This document shows, piece by piece, positions 63,380 through 64,000 of a stretch of 64,000 nucleotides of DNA (position 1 is the stretch's first letter; each line of letters starts with the position of its first letter). Below the pieces are notes generated by a model that saw only the letters and a list, made by a program, of their open reading frames with translations, was not told where the DNA came from and searched no databases. Source of the DNA: a virus; the IMG/VR virus record IMGVR_UViG_3300026512_000010, positions 1 through 64,000 of that record; one strand, given 5' to 3'. The position numbers were made by a program, and so were the translations under genes.

Positions 63380-64000
63380 TTATTCAATTCTCACCATTTT
63401 TCTAACAGATTTTAATGATGGATTGTTATTTTCATCATAACATTGAAAAACACCTATTTTATTTCCAGTTTTATCATAATATGTGATTTGTTTGTTTTGA
63501 AAATCAGTATCCCACGCCGGAAGTAATTCATTCAATATTTTTTCTAAAGAAAATTGAATATCTGCTAATTTTGTTATTATTTCATCATAAATTGAAGTTC
63601 CAGTATAATTTATCACAGCATAATTAGTATTATCAGTTTCATTACCTGCTTCATCAACAGCTCTCACACCAATATAGTATGTTTTTCCAGGCTGTAATTT
63701 TGTTATTCCGTCATATTCAGTAAATATGACAAGCATGTTTCCATCATAAGATCCAAGCTTCATATCCCAAATAGCAGACTCTAAATCACTTATATAAACA
63801 TTATAATTTACTTCATTTGAAATATTATCAACAGCATGCCCCCATCTTATATGAATCCCATCTCCGTCTTGATAAGCATCAATTATCCCAACAGCTCCAT
63901 TCCAAGTTGGTGCTAAATAATCTTCTATATTATCATTATTTGTTTGTAGGGCTAATGCATTTCCTGTGGTTTCCATAGAAACTACTACTGTCCCATCATC
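63380..64000 (-). CDS. Partial ORF (N-terminus outside window), Ig/FN3-like beta-rich C-terminus; possible structural protein
   Basis: Frame is open upstream of the Met at 63976 to the window end; GKTYYIGVRAVDEAGNETDNTNY is FN3/Ig-like. Confidence 0.35.
   Translation of the reverse strand, partial: DDGTVVVSMETTGNALALQTNNDNIEDYLAPTWNGAVGIIDAYQDGDGIHIRWGHAVDNISNEVNYNVYISDLESAIWDMKLGSYDGNMLVIFTEYDGITKLQPGKTYYIGVRAVDEAGNETDNTNYAVINYTGTSIYDEIITKLADIQFSLEKILNELLPAWDTDFQNKQITYYDKTGNKIGVFQCYDENNNPSLKSVRKMVRIE

Noticed and set aside
1-64000. Prophage, IS or transposase content
   Set aside because: No integrase, transposase or terminal inverted repeats were seen. Gene content and uniform promoters indicate a lytic phage genome segment. 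The only mobile-looking items are the HNH and Vsr-like endonuclease genes.

Overview
AT-rich window (low GC by eye, not computed) from a T4-like (Tevenvirinae-type) lytic phage genome. About 100 genes are packed tail-to-head, almost all on the minus strand. Recognisable T4-type replication/recombination/nucleotide-metabolism homologues: gp43 DNA polymerase, gp41-like helicase, gp44 clamp loader, gp46/gp47, UvsX, a truncated UvsW, gp30 DNA ligase, Rnl1, gp1 dNMP kinase, dCMP deaminase, NrdD/NrdG, gp31-like co-chaperonin and a gp55 late-sigma homologue. A minus-strand tRNA island at 27.7-30.2 kb holds 19 clear tRNAs, one aberrant tRNA-like element and a 5'-truncated tRNA-His. A strongly conserved promoter+RBS cassette (minus-strand consensus CTTTACTTTTTTCAAAAATATATTATAATTATTTATAAGAAAAGTTAAGGAG-N5-7-ATG) occurs about 27 times in front of genes and tRNA sub-clusters. 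Candidate novel systems: (1) a thymidine-replacement/hypermodification nucleotide cluster at 7.4-16.7 kb (dCMP deaminase, 365-aa ThyA-family hydroxymethylase, dNMP kinase, two P-loop kinase paralogs, stand-alone Ntn glutamine amidotransferase, GNAT, HAD nucleotidase, all-alpha NTP pyrophosphatase, several large unknowns); (2) an extended RNA-repair module at 17.2-24.9 kb (HD-polynucleotide kinase fusion, Rnl1, a Thg1-like 3'-5' polymerase, a split Nudix); (3) a split sigma arrangement, with a gp55 region-2-like protein and a separate 75-aa sigma70 region-4.2 mimic; (4) a conserved hairpin-operator element (GAGCCTCTCTAAG inverted repeat flanking a -10-like box) in the leaders of gp55, gp44 and HD-Pnk, plus a 3 x 42-bp tandem hairpin array in the gp44 leader; (5) a ligase-PPAT fusion next to a Pol-beta-type nucleotidyltransferase at 54.2-57.9 kb. 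All calls rest on reading the sequence and remembered family motifs; no database searches were run.
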